In this document: in pieces, positions 14,892 to 28,581 of the stretch
How positions within the stretch are numbered: position 1 is the stretch's first letter
Layout of the letters: the number at the start of each line of letters is the position of its first letter
Source: Betaproteobacteria bacterium
GTDB lineage: Bacteria; Pseudomonadota; Gammaproteobacteria; Burkholderiales; SG8-41
Length of the DNA: 64,000 bases
Direction: 5' to 3'
Assembly (NCBI GenBank): GCA_003820645.1
Contig: RPOR01000005.1
Location: 364 to 64,363 of the forward strand
The notes under the pieces: generated by a model
The model's database searches: none
Told to the model about the DNA's origin: nothing
What the model saw: the letters and a program-made list of their open reading frames with translations, nothing else
Program-made: the position numbers and the translations under genes

Positions 14892-16634
14892 ATGACCACC
14901 GCGCCTGCCGATGCCAGAACACTGCTCGCCAGCCTGCTCCGGCAGGCCCTGGCGCAGGTCGTCCCCGCCGGCACTACGGCCGGAATCCTGCTCGACCGGC
15001 CGAAACTGGCGCAGCACGGCGACTTTGCCTGCAATGTTGCGCTGCAGTTGGCGAAAGAGCTGCGGGGCAATCCGCGCGCGATCGCCCAACAACTGGTCGC
15101 GGCATTGCCGGCATCGCCCCATCTGGAAAAAGCCGAAATCGCCGGCGCCGGATTCATCAATCTGTTCCTCACACAGTCGTACAAACAACAGGTGATTTGC
15201 CGCGTGCTCGCGGCTGGAGAGCGCTATGGCACCAATGCCGGCGGGCAGCTCAAGAAAACCCAGGTCGAGTTCGTCTCTGCAAATCCGACCGGGCCGCTGC
15301 ATGTTGGCCATGGCCGCGGTGCCGCCTACGGCGCCAGCGTCGCCGCGATACTGGCAGCCGCCGGTTTCGACGTGTCACGCGAGTACTATGTCAACGATGC
15401 CGGCCGTCAGATGGATATCCTGGCACTGTCGACCTGGCTGCGTTATCTGGAGCTGGGCGGCGAAACCGTCAGTTTTCCACCCAACGCCTACCAGGGCGAC
15501 TATGTGCGCGCGATGGCGGAACAACTGCATAGCGCCGACGGCGCGCGATTCCACAAGAGCTGGGCCGAGGCCTCGGCCGATGCAGCCGATGTCAGCACCG
15601 ACCCGGAAGTTCATCTTGATGATTTGATCGCCAATGCCAAACGCCTGCTCGGCGCGGAATACGAGCGCGTGCACCGCCATGCGCTGGAACAGCAGCTGGC
15701 AGACTGCAAAAACGACCTCGCCGAGTTCGGTGTCACCTTCGACCAGTGGTTCTCCGAACGCTCGCTGTATACCTCAGGGCGCGTAGACCGCGCGGTGCAC
15801 CAATTGGAGCAGCGCGGCCATATCTACATCCAGGATGGTGCGAAGTGGTTTCGCTCCAGCGCCTTCGGTGATGAGAAGGACCGCGTGGTGCAGCGTGAAA
15901 ACGGCCAGTACACCTATTTCGCCAGCGACATCGCCTATCACCTCGACAAATTCGCACGCGGCTACGACCTGGTCATCGACGTCTGGGGCGCCGACCACCA
16001 CGGCTACATCCCGCGGGTAAAGGGCGCGCTTGCGGCGCTCGGCGAGGAGCCGGCACGGCTCAATGTGGCGCTGGTGCAGTTCGCCGTGCTCTACCGCAAC
16101 GGACAGAAAGTCTCGATGTCAACGCGTTCTGGCGAATTCGTAACCCTGCGTGAACTGCGGCACGAAGTCGGCAACGACGCCGCCCGTTTCTTCTACGTGC
16201 TGCGCAAAAGCGATCAGCACCTCGACTTTGATCTGGACCTTGCCAAGTCTCAGAGTAACGACAACCCCGTGTATTACATCCAGTATGCACACGCCCGTGT
16301 CTGCAGCGTGCTTGAACAATGGGGCGGCAATGTCGACGCCTTGCGCAGCACAGATCCTGCGCCGCTGAGCTCCGCGCACGAAGCGGCGCTGCTGAAAAGC
16401 CTGATGGAATATCCGGACATCATCGAAAATGCGGCGCGCGAGCTGGCACCGCACATGATTGCCTTTTATCTGAAAGAACTCGCTGGAGAATTCCATAGTT
16501 ACTATAATGCCGAGCGCTTCCTGGTTGAAGAAGCTGCCCTCAAACATGCCCGACTGGCGCTGGCACTGGCGGTCCGACAGGTGCTGCGCAATGGCCTCGC
16601 CCTTTTGGGTGTGGGCGCCCCCGAAAAAATGTAA
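14892..16634 (+). CDS. argS: Arginine--tRNA ligase
   Basis: 580-aa ORF with the class I HIGH motif (PTGPLHVGHGRGA), the MSTRSG (KMSK-equivalent) loop and a C-terminal anticodon-binding domain. Confidence 0.95.
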   Translation: MTTAPADARTLLASLLRQALAQVVPAGTTAGILLDRPKLAQHGDFACNVALQLAKELRGNPRAIAQQLVAALPASPHLEKAEIAGAGFINLFLTQSYKQQVICRVLAAGERYGTNAGGQLKKTQVEFVSANPTGPLHVGHGRGAAYGASVAAILAAAGFDVSREYYVNDAGRQMDILALSTWLRYLELGGETVSFPPNAYQGDYVRAMAEQLHSADGARFHKSWAEASADAADVSTDPEVHLDDLIANAKRLLGAEYERVHRHALEQQLADCKNDLAEFGVTFDQWFSERSLYTSGRVDRAVHQLEQRGHIYIQDGAKWFRSSAFGDEKDRVVQRENGQYTYFASDIAYHLDKFARGYDLVIDVWGADHHGYIPRVKGALAALGEEPARLNVALVQFAVLYRNGQKVSMSTRSGEFVTLRELRHEVGNDAARFFYVLRKSDQHLDFDLDLAKSQSNDNPVYYIQYAHARVCSVLEQWGGNVDALRSTDPAPLSSAHEAALLKSLMEYPDIIENAARELAPHMIAFYLKELAGEFHSYYNAERFLVEEAALKHARLALALAVRQVLRNGLALLGVGAPEKM

Positions 16635-16643
16635 GATTGCTGC

Positions 16644-17234
16644 GTGAGCCGAGACTACAAAGGTAGCGAACGCAAGGACAATTCCCGCAGTCGCAGCAGC
16701 GGCGGGTCGTTGTTCATGGGGATTCTCATCGGGCTCGTACTCGGGCTGGGTATCGCGCTGGGCATCGCCTGGTACATCAACAAGATGCCGAACCCTTTCC
16801 AGCAGCGTCCACCGGCTGCAAAACCCGAGCCGGCCAAGGCTGTGCCGGCCGACACCGCCAAGCCGGGCGAAAAGAACAGCAAATCCGCGGATGCCAAGCC
16901 GCGCTTTGATTTTTACAAGATATTGCCCGGCGTCGATGAGCCGGCCACGGATCAACAGCTGCGCGATGCAAGGAAAAGCGCGGCCAAGGAATCGTTTTAC
17001 CTGCAGGCCGGCGCTTTTCAGAATGCGCCCGACGCCGACAACCTGAAGGCCCGGCTCGCGTTAATCGGCATGCAGGCGTCGATCCAGACTACGACGCTGC
17101 CCGACCGGGGGGTCTGGCATCGTGTGCGTATCGGCCCCTACCGCAGCGTCGAGGAACTGAATCGCACCCGCGACACTCTGAAGAACAATGGCATCGACAC
17201 CACGCTGATCAAAGTGCGCGACGCCGACAAATGA
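16644..17234 (+). CDS. SPOR-domain cell-division/peptidoglycan-binding protein (FtsN/DedD-like)
   Basis: 196 aa with a basic N-terminus, one TM helix (LFMGILIGLVLGLGIALGIAWYI), a Pro/Ala/Lys-rich linker and a C-terminal SPOR-like domain (FYLQAGAFQNAPDADNLKARLALIG...WHRVRIGPY). Confidence 0.8.
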   Translation: MSRDYKGSERKDNSRSRSSGGSLFMGILIGLVLGLGIALGIAWYINKMPNPFQQRPPAAKPEPAKAVPADTAKPGEKNSKSADAKPRFDFYKILPGVDEPATDQQLRDARKSAAKESFYLQAGAFQNAPDADNLKARLALIGMQASIQTTTLPDRGVWHRVRIGPYRSVEELNRTRDTLKNNGIDTTLIKVRDADK

Positions 17235-17254
17235 CGCCGTCCTCTGGAGTAGCT

Positions 17255-17917
17255 ATGCAATTTGCCCATTTTTTCCGACGCGCACTGCTTGCCGCCGGTC
17301 TCGGTCTGTGCCTGACGACTGCACATGCCCAGCTCACGGCCGGCAAGGATTACATCAATCTCCGAACACCACAGCCCACCGACAGCAGCAGCAAAGTCGA
17401 AGTGCTGGAGTTTTTCTGGTATGGCTGCCCGCATTGCAGCAACCTGCAACCCGCACTGGAAGCGTGGCTCAAACGCAAGCCGGCGGACGTCGAATTCAAA
17501 CACGTCCCCGCGGTGTTTCAGGAGTCCTGGGTACCACTGACGCGGACTTATTACACACTTGAAGCAATGGGCCTGGTCGACAAGCTGCATCGGGAGGTTT
17601 TCGCGGCCCTCCACAAGCAGCGTCTGCAGCTGCGCGACGCCAACGCGATTTTCGACTGGATGGCCAGCAAGGGCGTGGATCGCAAGAAATTTGCCGACAC
17701 CTACAACTCGTTCGGGGTCAACGGCCGCACCCAACGCTCGATCGAATTGACCAAGAAGTTCGACATCTCCGGCACGCCGACGCTGGCAATCGACGGAAAG
17801 TACCTGACTTCGCCGTCATTGACGCTGAAAGCCGATCGCACGATCGACTATGAGCGCTTTTTCCAGGTCGTCGATGGCTTGATCGCCGAAGCACGCAAGA
17901 CCAAAGGCAGCAAGTAA
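17255..17917 (+). CDS. dsbA: Periplasmic thiol:disulfide oxidoreductase DsbA (copy 1)
   Basis: Signal peptide (...GLCLTTAHA), thioredoxin-fold active site FFWYGCPHCSNLQP and cis-Pro loop SGTPT. ATG 17255, with GGAG just upstream, is preferred over 17231. Confidence 0.85.
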   Translation: MQFAHFFRRALLAAGLGLCLTTAHAQLTAGKDYINLRTPQPTDSSSKVEVLEFFWYGCPHCSNLQPALEAWLKRKPADVEFKHVPAVFQESWVPLTRTYYTLEAMGLVDKLHREVFAALHKQRLQLRDANAIFDWMASKGVDRKKFADTYNSFGVNGRTQRSIELTKKFDISGTPTLAIDGKYLTSPSLTLKADRTIDYERFFQVVDGLIAEARKTKGSK

Positions 17918-17919
17918 AC

Positions 17920-18567
17920 ATGCAACGGGCGCTGGCGGGCACCATCGCCTGCGCGCTTGCGTTGCTGGCGTTTTTTCCCGGGCCGGGTGCGGCGCAGCCG
18001 GTGTTGCGCGCAGAAGTCGATTACCGGGCGATCAAACCACATCCGCTCGGCAGCGCTGACGGCATCGAAGTCATCGATTTTTTCTGGTACGGCTGTCCGC
18101 ATTGCAACAACCTGCAGCCGGCCCTGGAGCGCTGGATCAGCCGCAAGCCCGGGGATGTCACGGTGCGCCGCATTCCGGCAATCCTGCGCGACAGTTGGGC
18201 GCCACATGCCCGTATCTACTACACACTGGAAACGCTGGGCGAAGTCGAGCGCCTGCACCAGCGCGTATACCATGCCTACCACGTTGAGCAGCTGCAAATG
18301 AGCAAACCCGAAGTGATGGCGGAGTGGGCTGTACGCAACGGCATCGCCCGCAAGCGCTGGGACGAGGCCTACGAGGCTGCAGAAGTGCAGCAGAAAATGG
18401 AAGATGCGGCGAAGTTGACCCGGGCCTACAGCATTACCGGCACCCCATCGTTGGTCGTCAACGGCCGTTACCTGACTTCCGGAAGCATGGTAGAGACCCT
18501 GATAGGCCTCATTCCGATTGTCGACGGGCTGGTACAAAAAGTGCGCGTCGAGGCTGCCTCACGCTGA
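17920..18567 (+). CDS. Periplasmic thiol:disulfide oxidoreductase DsbA-family (copy 2)
   Basis: Signal peptide, active site FFWYGCPHCNNLQP and cis-Pro loop TGTPS. It starts 2 nt after the stop of copy 1. Confidence 0.85.
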   Translation: MQRALAGTIACALALLAFFPGPGAAQPVLRAEVDYRAIKPHPLGSADGIEVIDFFWYGCPHCNNLQPALERWISRKPGDVTVRRIPAILRDSWAPHARIYYTLETLGEVERLHQRVYHAYHVEQLQMSKPEVMAEWAVRNGIARKRWDEAYEAAEVQQKMEDAAKLTRAYSITGTPSLVVNGRYLTSGSMVETLIGLIPIVDGLVQKVRVEAASR

Positions 18568-18574
18568 CTGCGGC

Positions 18575-19366
18575 ATGCCCCCGGAGCAGATGCCAGCGCC
18601 TTCGCCAACCACCGTCATCATTACCGGCGCGTCCGGTGGTCTGGGTGCAGCACTGGCACGCCGGTATGCCAATAGCGGGGCCCACCTCGGGCTGATCGCC
18701 CGCCGCACCACTGAACTCGAACGGCTGGCGCGGCAACTGGCCGGTGAGTGTGCAGTTCATGCCGCGGATGTGCGCGACTCCGCAACCATGCGGCTCGTTG
18801 CCAACGACTTCATGGCGCAACACGGGCTCCCTGACATCGTCATCGCCAATGCCGGCATCAGCGTTGGCACGCTGACCGAGATGGCGGAAGACGAACAGGC
18901 GTTCCGTGATGTGTTCGACATCAATGTCATCGGCATGGTCAACACATTCCAGCCGTATCTCGCGGCCATGCGCAAGCGGGGCTACGGCGTGCTGGTCGGG
19001 ATTGCCAGCGTGGCTGGTTACCGAGGCCTGCCTGGATCCAGTGCCTATTCCGCGTCCAAGGCTGCGGCGATCAGTTACCTGGAAAGCCTGCGTGTCGAGT
19101 TGCGCGGCAGCGGCATCACGGTGATCACGATTTGCCCGGGCTACATCACCACGGCGATGACCGCGCACAACCCGTACCGGATGCGTTTCATCATGACTGC
19201 AGAGGCTGCGGCAAAGAAAATCACGGCCATCATTGCCCGGCGCAAGGCCTATGCGGTGATTCCATGGCAAATGGCCATCGTCGCACGACTGATGCATGTG
19301 CTGCCGCGCTGGATTTATGACCCCCTCGCTGCGAAATCCGGGCGCAAACCTCGCCGCAAATCCTGA
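18575..19366 (+). CDS. Short-chain dehydrogenase/reductase (SDR) family oxidoreductase
   Basis: TGASGGLG cofactor motif and YSASK catalytic motif. ATG 18575 is preferred, because the ORF-track start at 18518 overlaps dsbA copy 2. Confidence 0.85.
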   Translation: MPPEQMPAPSPTTVIITGASGGLGAALARRYANSGAHLGLIARRTTELERLARQLAGECAVHAADVRDSATMRLVANDFMAQHGLPDIVIANAGISVGTLTEMAEDEQAFRDVFDINVIGMVNTFQPYLAAMRKRGYGVLVGIASVAGYRGLPGSSAYSASKAAAISYLESLRVELRGSGITVITICPGYITTAMTAHNPYRMRFIMTAEAAAKKITAIIARRKAYAVIPWQMAIVARLMHVLPRWIYDPLAAKSGRKPRRKS

Positions 19367-19406
19367 CCCGGCCCCGCCGCCCCCGTAGCAGAACGCGGTA
19401 CGCTAT

Positions 19407-21233
19407 CTACTCAACAGTCACTGATTTGGCCAGATTGCGGGGTTTGTCAACATCAGTGCCACGATGCAGCGCCGTGTGATACGCCAGCAGCTGCAGCGGT
19501 ACGGTGTGCAGAATCGGTGACAACAAGTCCGCATGATCGGGCATCTGAATGACGTGCACGCCTTCGCTGGGAGCGATACGGGCATCCTGGTCTGCCAGGA
19601 CGTACAGTTCACCGCCACGTGCACGCACTTCCTGCAGATTCGATTTCAGCTTCTCCAGCAACGCGTCCTTGGGCGCAACGGCTACTACAGGCATGTTGCG
19701 GTCGACCAGTGCCAGCGGCCCGTGCTTGAGTTCACCGGCGGCATAGGCCTCGGCATGGATGTACGAGATCTCTTTCAGCTTCAACGCACCTTCCATCGCT
19801 ATCGGGTAATGAATACCACGCCCGAGAAACAGTATGTGTTCCTTGCGGGCGAATACGGCTGCCCATTCCGCGATCGCCGGTTCGACCTCGAGTACATGGG
19901 TCAGCGCCGCCGGCAGATGGCGCAGTGCGTGCAGCAGTTCCGTCTCGCGCTCCGCTGTCAAGCGCCCGCGCTGTTTGGCCAGCGCCATGGTCAGTAGGAC
20001 CAGTGCAGCGAGCTGGGTGGTGAACGCCTTGGTCGAGGCGACACCGATTTCCGGGCCGGCCCGCGTCAGGAACCGCAGGTCGGACGCACGCACCAGCGCC
20101 GATTCCGGGACATTGCAGATGGCGAGGCTGTGGCGATGGCCGCGCAGCTTCGCATACTGCAAAGCCGCGAGCGTATCGGCTGTTTCGCCCGATTGTGAAA
20201 TCGTCACCACCAGCGTGTCGGGGTTGTTCACCGTTTCCCGGTAGCGGTATTCGCTGGCGATCTCGACATTACACGGCAGACCGGCGACGGCTTCGATCCA
20301 GTATCGCGCAACCATTCCCGCGTGATAGCTGGTGCCGCAAGCAAGTATCGTCAAGCCATTGATTTTATTGAATATTTTATCCGCATCCGTGCCAAACAGC
20401 TGCGGTACCACCGCCCGCGCGCGGGTCACCAGTTCCAGCGTATTGGCGACAGCCATCGGCTGCTCGAAAATTTCCTTCTGCATGTAATGCCGGTAGGGGC
20501 CGAGTTCGACGGCAGCAGCGGTCAATTCGGTGATCTGTTCCTTGCGCACGACAGGCTGTCCGTCCGCGTCGATGATACGCACGCGTTCGCGGGTCAGTTC
20601 GGCACAATCCCCCTCGTCCAGATAGACGACGCGCTGAGTAACCTGGACCAGGGCAGAGGCATCGGAAGCCGCGAAATTCTCGCCAGTGCCAAGACCCAGC
20701 AATAACGGCGCACCCATACGCGCTACCACCAGCCGCGCCGGATCCGCCGCGTTGATGACCGCAATCGCGTAAGCCCCCACCAGCTCGCGCAGGCTGAGGC
20801 GGACGGCCTCGAACAAATCGCCGCATCGCACGAGGTGCAGATGCACCAGGTGGGCAATCACCTCGGTATCGGTATCGGATACAAACTGGTAACCAAGGCT
20901 GCGCAGATGGTCGCGCATTTGCTCATGATTCTCGATGATGCCGTTGTGAACCACTGACACGCCGTCCGACACATGCGGATGCGCATTCTTTTCGGACGGT
21001 GCGCCGTGTGTCGCCCAGCGGGTGTGCGCGATGCCGAGTTCGCCACTGACATTGCCTGCCTGCGCCAGTCGTTCCAGCTCGACGACACGCCCGGTACTGC
21101 GGATACGATGCAGGCCACCGCGGATCACGGCAACACCCGCAGAATCGTAACCGCGGTATTCAAGCCGCTTCAGCCCTTCGATCAGGATCGGAACAACGTC
21201 CCGTCCCGCGACGGCGCCGACAATTCCGCACAT
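19407..21233 (-). CDS. glmS: Glutamine--fructose-6-phosphate aminotransferase
   Basis: 608 aa with the N-terminal catalytic Cys (MCGIVGAV), two SIS domains and the C-terminal ...[12 protein letters not shown]. Confidence 0.96.
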   Translation of the reverse strand: MCGIVGAVAGRDVVPILIEGLKRLEYRGYDSAGVAVIRGGLHRIRSTGRVVELERLAQAGNVSGELGIAHTRWATHGAPSEKNAHPHVSDGVSVVHNGIIENHEQMRDHLRSLGYQFVSDTDTEVIAHLVHLHLVRCGDLFEAVRLSLRELVGAYAIAVINAADPARLVVARMGAPLLLGLGTGENFAASDASALVQVTQRVVYLDEGDCAELTRERVRIIDADGQPVVRKEQITELTAAAVELGPYRHYMQKEIFEQPMAVANTLELVTRARAVVPQLFGTDADKIFNKINGLTILACGTSYHAGMVARYWIEAVAGLPCNVEIASEYRYRETVNNPDTLVVTISQSGETADTLAALQYAKLRGHRHSLAICNVPESALVRASDLRFLTRAGPEIGVASTKAFTTQLAALVLLTMALAKQRGRLTAERETELLHALRHLPAALTHVLEVEPAIAEWAAVFARKEHILFLGRGIHYPIAMEGALKLKEISYIHAEAYAAGELKHGPLALVDRNMPVVAVAPKDALLEKLKSNLQEVRARGGELYVLADQDARIAPSEGVHVIQMPDHADLLSPILHTVPLQLLAYHTALHRGTDVDKPRNLAKSVTVE

Positions 21234-21257
21234 GAGCTTTTTCCTATTCCCTTATGG

Positions 21258-22625
21258 TTATTTTCTTGCCGGTTTGCGCGGCCGCTGCCAATCGGGGCGA
21301 TGCTCCTGGGTCCTGGCATTGATGATCAGCCCTCCGGACGGCGTATCTTTCCATACCGTCGTGCCGGCCCCAACGGTTGCGCCCCGCGCGACACGCACCG
21401 GTGCTACCAGTTGCACGTCGGAGCCGATATGCACGTCGTCTTCGATCACCGTGCGGTGCTTGTTCGCGCCGTCGTAATTGCAGGTAATAGTGCCGGCGCC
21501 GATATTGACATTGCGACCGACGGTGGAGTCGCCAACATAGGACAGGTGGTTGGCCTTCGAGCTGGCGCCGATTTCACTGGCCTTTATTTCTACAAAGTTG
21601 CCGATATGGACTTCTGTCGCAAGACGGGTCCCCGGCCGAAGACGCGCATAGGGCCCGATCCGGCACTTTGCGCCGATCTCGGCGCCGTCGAGATGGGAGA
21701 ATGGTTCGATGCGGGTGCCTGGTCCGATGGTGACATCCTTCAGCACGCAATTCGCGCCGATGCTCACACCATCGGCCAGCTCAATATCACCCTCAAACAC
21801 GCAATTGACATCGATATGCACGTCGCGGCCGCAGCGCAGCGCACCGCGCATATCAAAACGCAGGGGATCGACCAGCGTCACGCCCTGGTCGAGCAGTTGC
21901 GCGGCCTGCTGCCATTGATATGCACGCTCCAGCTGCGCGAGTTGCGCCCGGCTGTTGACCCCCTGGATTTCACTGTTGTCGGCGGCCTTGATGCCTACCA
22001 CCGGCACACGATCCTTGATCGCCAGCGCAATCACGTCCGTCAGGTAATACTCGTGCTGCGTATTGCTGTTCTGCAGTTTGGGCAGCCAGCGGCCGAGGCG
22101 GGCGGTAGGCAACGTCATGATGCCGGTATTGATTTCGTGGATTCGCCGCTGGGCCGCAGTCGCATCGTTCTGCTCGACGATGCCGGTCATCCGGCCCGCC
22201 TTGTTGCGCAGGATGCGGCCATAACCGCTGGGGTCATCAAGATCCGCAGTCAGCACCGCGACGCCTTCTGCAGCAGCATCGAGCAGGGTTTGCAGCGTCG
22301 CAGCGCGTACCAGCGGCACATCGCCGTACAACACCAATGTGACTGGCGCCTTGGTCAGTCTGGGCAGCGCCTGCTGCAATGCATGTCCGGTGCCCAGTTG
22401 CGGCGCTTGCAAAGCGTATGCCAGATCCTTGCCTGACAGCGCAGCCTTTACCTGATCACCGCCATGGCCATAAACAACGCAAATCTGCTCCGCGGCAATT
22501 GCGCGCGCGGCGGCGACGACATGGGCTATTAACGGCCGGCCGGCCAGCGTGTGCAGCACTTTGGGCAGATCGGAGTGCATCCGTTTGCCCTGGCCGGCGG
22601 CGAGGATCACGACTTGGAAACGCAT
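21258..22625 (-). CDS. glmU: Bifunctional UDP-GlcNAc pyrophosphorylase / GlcN-1-P acetyltransferase
   Basis: 455 aa with the N-terminal LAAGQGKRM nucleotidyltransferase motif and C-terminal hexapeptide-repeat beta-helix. It lies upstream of glmS and downstream of the atp operon, as in many proteobacteria. Confidence 0.95.
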   Translation of the reverse strand: MRFQVVILAAGQGKRMHSDLPKVLHTLAGRPLIAHVVAAARAIAAEQICVVYGHGGDQVKAALSGKDLAYALQAPQLGTGHALQQALPRLTKAPVTLVLYGDVPLVRAATLQTLLDAAAEGVAVLTADLDDPSGYGRILRNKAGRMTGIVEQNDATAAQRRIHEINTGIMTLPTARLGRWLPKLQNSNTQHEYYLTDVIALAIKDRVPVVGIKAADNSEIQGVNSRAQLAQLERAYQWQQAAQLLDQGVTLVDPLRFDMRGALRCGRDVHIDVNCVFEGDIELADGVSIGANCVLKDVTIGPGTRIEPFSHLDGAEIGAKCRIGPYARLRPGTRLATEVHIGNFVEIKASEIGASSKANHLSYVGDSTVGRNVNIGAGTITCNYDGANKHRTVIEDDVHIGSDVQLVAPVRVARGATVGAGTTVWKDTPSGGLIINARTQEHRPDWQRPRKPARK

Positions 22626-22740
22626 CGCAAAATTATCGCATAACCGTCAACCCGGGCACCGCGCTATCGGTACGGTTGCCGCCAGTTACTGCGTGGCCAA
22701 CAGCACAATGGCAGGCATGGAGGTCCGTCCAGGCCAGCAA

Positions 22741-22767
22741 CAAAAAAGGCGGCTGTGACAGCCGCCC
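22741..22767 (-). terminator. Rho-independent terminator of the atp operon
   Basis: The minus strand reads GGCGGCTG-tca-CAGCCGCC (perfect 8-bp stem) followed by TTTTTTG, about 27 nt downstream of the atpC stop. Confidence 0.7.
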
Positions 22768-22793
22768 TTGTTGCCCGCATTGCGCTCGAGGCG

Positions 22794-23219
22794 TCATCGC
22801 TTGCCGCGCAGTTTGCGGATCGAGGCGAGTTGGGCGCCAAGCATGGCCAGCTCGGCCTCGACCGTGGCGACCTCCTGTTTGCCCTGCGCGTTTTTGCGGG
22901 CTGCCTCGGCCTCTTTCAGGGCTTCGGTCGCCCTGGCCTCGTCGAGGTCGGCGCCGCGGATTGCGGTGTCAGCCAATACGGTGACCCCTTTGGGCTGCAC
23001 TTCAAGCACGCCGCCGGCGACGAATATGAACTCCTCTGGACCACCATCCGCGGGCTTGATGCGCACTTCACCCGGTTTGATACGGGTGATCAGCGGGGTA
23101 TGGCGCGGATAGATGCCGAGCTCCCCCGCCTCACCGGGGAGCACGACGAATTCCGCTTCACCGGAATAAATCAGTTCTTGCGTGCTGACGACGTCGACGT
23201 GGATCGTATGGGTGGTCAT
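22794..23219 (-). CDS. atpC: F1 ATP synthase epsilon subunit
   Basis: 141 aa. It is the last gene of the atp cluster and has an epsilon-like N-terminal beta-sandwich and C-terminal helices. Confidence 0.9.
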   Translation of the reverse strand: MTTHTIHVDVVSTQELIYSGEAEFVVLPGEAGELGIYPRHTPLITRIKPGEVRIKPADGGPEEFIFVAGGVLEVQPKGVTVLADTAIRGADLDEARATEALKEAEAARKNAQGKQEVATVEAELAMLGAQLASIRKLRGKR

Positions 23220-23231
23220 TTCGGATCCGCC

Positions 23232-24641
<1,410 letters not shown>

Positions 24642-24745
24642 CTAAATCAAAAAGTCTTCAAACAATATATAACTGGTCGGTTATAACTTCATACTGCCGC
24701 TGCGCCTAAACGCAGGTGGGTGTTGCCCGTCATCCGGCAGCAATG

Positions 24746-25609
24746 TCATACCGCAGCTGCACCGGCCACGATTTCCGTCAGCTCCGTGGTAATTGCGGCC
24801 TGCCGCGTCTTGTTGTAAATGAGTGTCAACTCGTCAATCACGCTTCCGGCATTGTCCGTGGCCGCTTTCATCGCCACCATTCGCGCCGACTGCTCGGAGC
24901 CCATGTTTTCGACAATGGCCTGATAGATCAACGCCTCGATATAGCGGGTCAGCACCTGGTCAAGCACACTCTTGGCATCCGGTTCATAGATATAGTCCCA
25001 CGCGCCCGCCGGCGTCCCGAGGGCATCGCCGGCAAGGGGCAGAACCTGTTCGATTACAGGCTCCTGCTTTAAGGTATTGATGAACTTGGTATAAATGATC
25101 AACAGCCGGTCGAAACGGTCCTCGGTATAACCGTCGAGCATGATCTTTACAGCGCCGATCACTTGATCCAGGTTCGGTTTGTCACCGAGGCCGGTCACCT
25201 GCGACACGATCTTCGCACCGAGGCGCTGCATGAATCCCAGTCCTCTGGTGCCAATCGTGCACACCTCGATTTCCTCGCCCTGTGCTTCCAGTTCCTTGAT
25301 CTTGTTCAGTGCGAGCCGCAGGGCGTTAGTGTTAAGACCGCCGCACAGGCCTTTGTCTGTGGTCACGACGATAATGCCGACACGCTTGACTGAATCACGC
25401 GCGACCAGGAACGAATGCCGGTATTCCGGGTTGGCGTTGCTGATATTCGCCGCAATATTGCGGATTTTCTCGACGTAGGGCCGCGTCGCGCGCATGCGCT
25501 CTTGGGCCTGCCGCATTTTCGAGGCCGCGACCATTTCCATCGCCTTGGTGATCTTGCGCGTGTTTTGCACGCTCTTGATCTTGTTGCGGATTTCCTTCGA
25601 GCCGGCCAT
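24746..25609 (-). CDS. atpG: F1 ATP synthase gamma subunit
   Basis: 287 aa with [31 protein letters not shown] at the N-terminus, typical of the gamma subunit. Confidence 0.95.
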   Translation of the reverse strand: MAGSKEIRNKIKSVQNTRKITKAMEMVAASKMRQAQERMRATRPYVEKIRNIAANISNANPEYRHSFLVARDSVKRVGIIVVTTDKGLCGGLNTNALRLALNKIKELEAQGEEIEVCTIGTRGLGFMQRLGAKIVSQVTGLGDKPNLDQVIGAVKIMLDGYTEDRFDRLLIIYTKFINTLKQEPVIEQVLPLAGDALGTPAGAWDYIYEPDAKSVLDQVLTRYIEALIYQAIVENMGSEQSARMVAMKAATDNAGSVIDELTLIYNKTRQAAITTELTEIVAGAAAV

Positions 25610-25647
25610 GTCTAAGTGTTTGTTTTTAAAGAATTATTTAACCAGGA

Positions 25648-27189
<1,542 letters not shown>

Positions 27190-27206
27190 GTGTTGCTCCT
27201 AATACC

Positions 27207-27743
27207 TTAGTGGGTAAGCGCGGCGGCCATCGCGTCCAGCCTGCCGCGCACCGTTGCATCGATGACTTTGTCGCCGACCAGAATTTTCAGGCCGCCGATG
27301 AGTTGCGGATCCAGTTCGACTTTGGCCGTGATCTTGCGACCGTATTTCTTTTCGAGCGCCGTCATCAGCGGTTGCAGCTGGCCGTCGGCCAGTGGCAGCG
27401 CCGATACCACTGTCGCTTCCATTGTGCCCTCGTGCTCGCGGCGTAGCGCCTCGAACATGTCGCGGATCTGGGCAATCAGTCCGAGCCGACGATTCTGCAC
27501 CAGCACCTGGACGAAATTGCGTGCTTCCCCGGAGAGGTGCTTGCCGACAGCGCCGACAATCACGCCCTCGAGCTGGGCAGGCTCCACGTTCGGGGCGTCG
27601 ATCAAAGCACCGACCTGCGCATCGGCAACGACGGCATTGATCAGCGCGAGCGCATCGGACCATGCCGACAGCGCGTTCTGCTCGCGGGCGAGCCTGAACG
27701 CGGCTTCGGCATAGGGGCGGGCGATGGTGACGGGTTCGGCCAT
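27207..27743 (-). CDS. atpH: F1 ATP synthase delta subunit
   Basis: Delta/OSCP-like protein. ATG 27743 (MAEPVTIARPYAEAAF) is preferred, because the ORF-track start at 27776 would overlap atpF. Confidence 0.9.
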   Translation of the reverse strand: MAEPVTIARPYAEAAFRLAREQNALSAWSDALALINAVVADAQVGALIDAPNVEPAQLEGVIVGAVGKHLSGEARNFVQVLVQNRRLGLIAQIRDMFEALRREHEGTMEATVVSALPLADGQLQPLMTALEKKYGRKITAKVELDPQLIGGLKILVGDKVIDATVRGRLDAMAAALTH

Positions 27744-27750
27744 ATCGGAA

Positions 27751-28221
27751 TCAGAGCTGCTTCTGTACTGCGGCAATCAGGTCGGCGTGAACCTTGGCGT
27801 CGACCTCACGTTTCAGGATCTGCTCGGCGCCGGCAACGGCAAGCGCTGCAACCTGCGTCCGCAGCACTTCGCGTGCGCGTGCGACTTCCTGCTCGACTTC
27901 CGCCTTGGCACCAGCCACCAGACGGTCACCTTCAACCTTGGCAGAGACTTTGGCTTCTTCGATCATTTGGGTAGCACGCTTCTCGGCCTGGGCAAGGATG
28001 TCGGTCGCGCGGCCCCGGGCCTGGGCAATCGCCTCATCCGACTGCTGCGCCGAGCGTTCCAGCGCCTGCTTGCCGGCTTCCGCGGCGGCCAAGCCGTCGG
28101 CGATGCGGCGGTTACGCTCGTCCATCGCGTCGGTGATCATCGGCCACACGAAACGGACCGAAAACCAGATCAGCGCCGCAAACGACAGCGCCTGGACGAA
28201 CAGGGTGGCGTTGATGTTCAT
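27751..28221 (-). CDS. atpF: Fo ATP synthase subunit b
   Basis: 156 aa with one N-terminal TM helix and a long charged Ala/Glu/Lys/Arg-rich helix. Confidence 0.9.
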   Translation of the reverse strand: MNINATLFVQALSFAALIWFSVRFVWPMITDAMDERNRRIADGLAAAEAGKQALERSAQQSDEAIAQARGRATDILAQAEKRATQMIEEAKVSAKVEGDRLVAGAKAEVEQEVARAREVLRTQVAALAVAGAEQILKREVDAKVHADLIAAVQKQL

Positions 28222-28247
28222 GGCTGTGGTCGGTCGGGCAAGGCCGG

Positions 28248-28535
<288 letters not shown>

Positions 28536-28581
28536 CTAACGTAGTGATTACAGTGAATGCGAATTGTGCAAGCTGGCAGGA

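Noticed and set aside
13649-15184. 511-aa minus-strand ORF opposite priA and argS. Other long antisense or out-of-frame ORFs fall in the same class, for example 318-1280, 7817-8878, 9722-10534, 32939-34105, 60955-61971 and 62094-63122.
   Set aside because: All lie entirely inside confidently identified genes, have the Arg/Ala/Pro/Gly-rich composition typical of GC-rich shadow frames, and carry no recognisable motifs.
20973-22436. 487-aa ORF on the plus strand opposite glmS/glmU.
   Set aside because: Same explanation. It is in codon register with glmS and glmU (all congruent to 0 mod 3), has a low-complexity Arg/Ala/Gly/Asp-rich translation and no motifs. The sense genes are certain.
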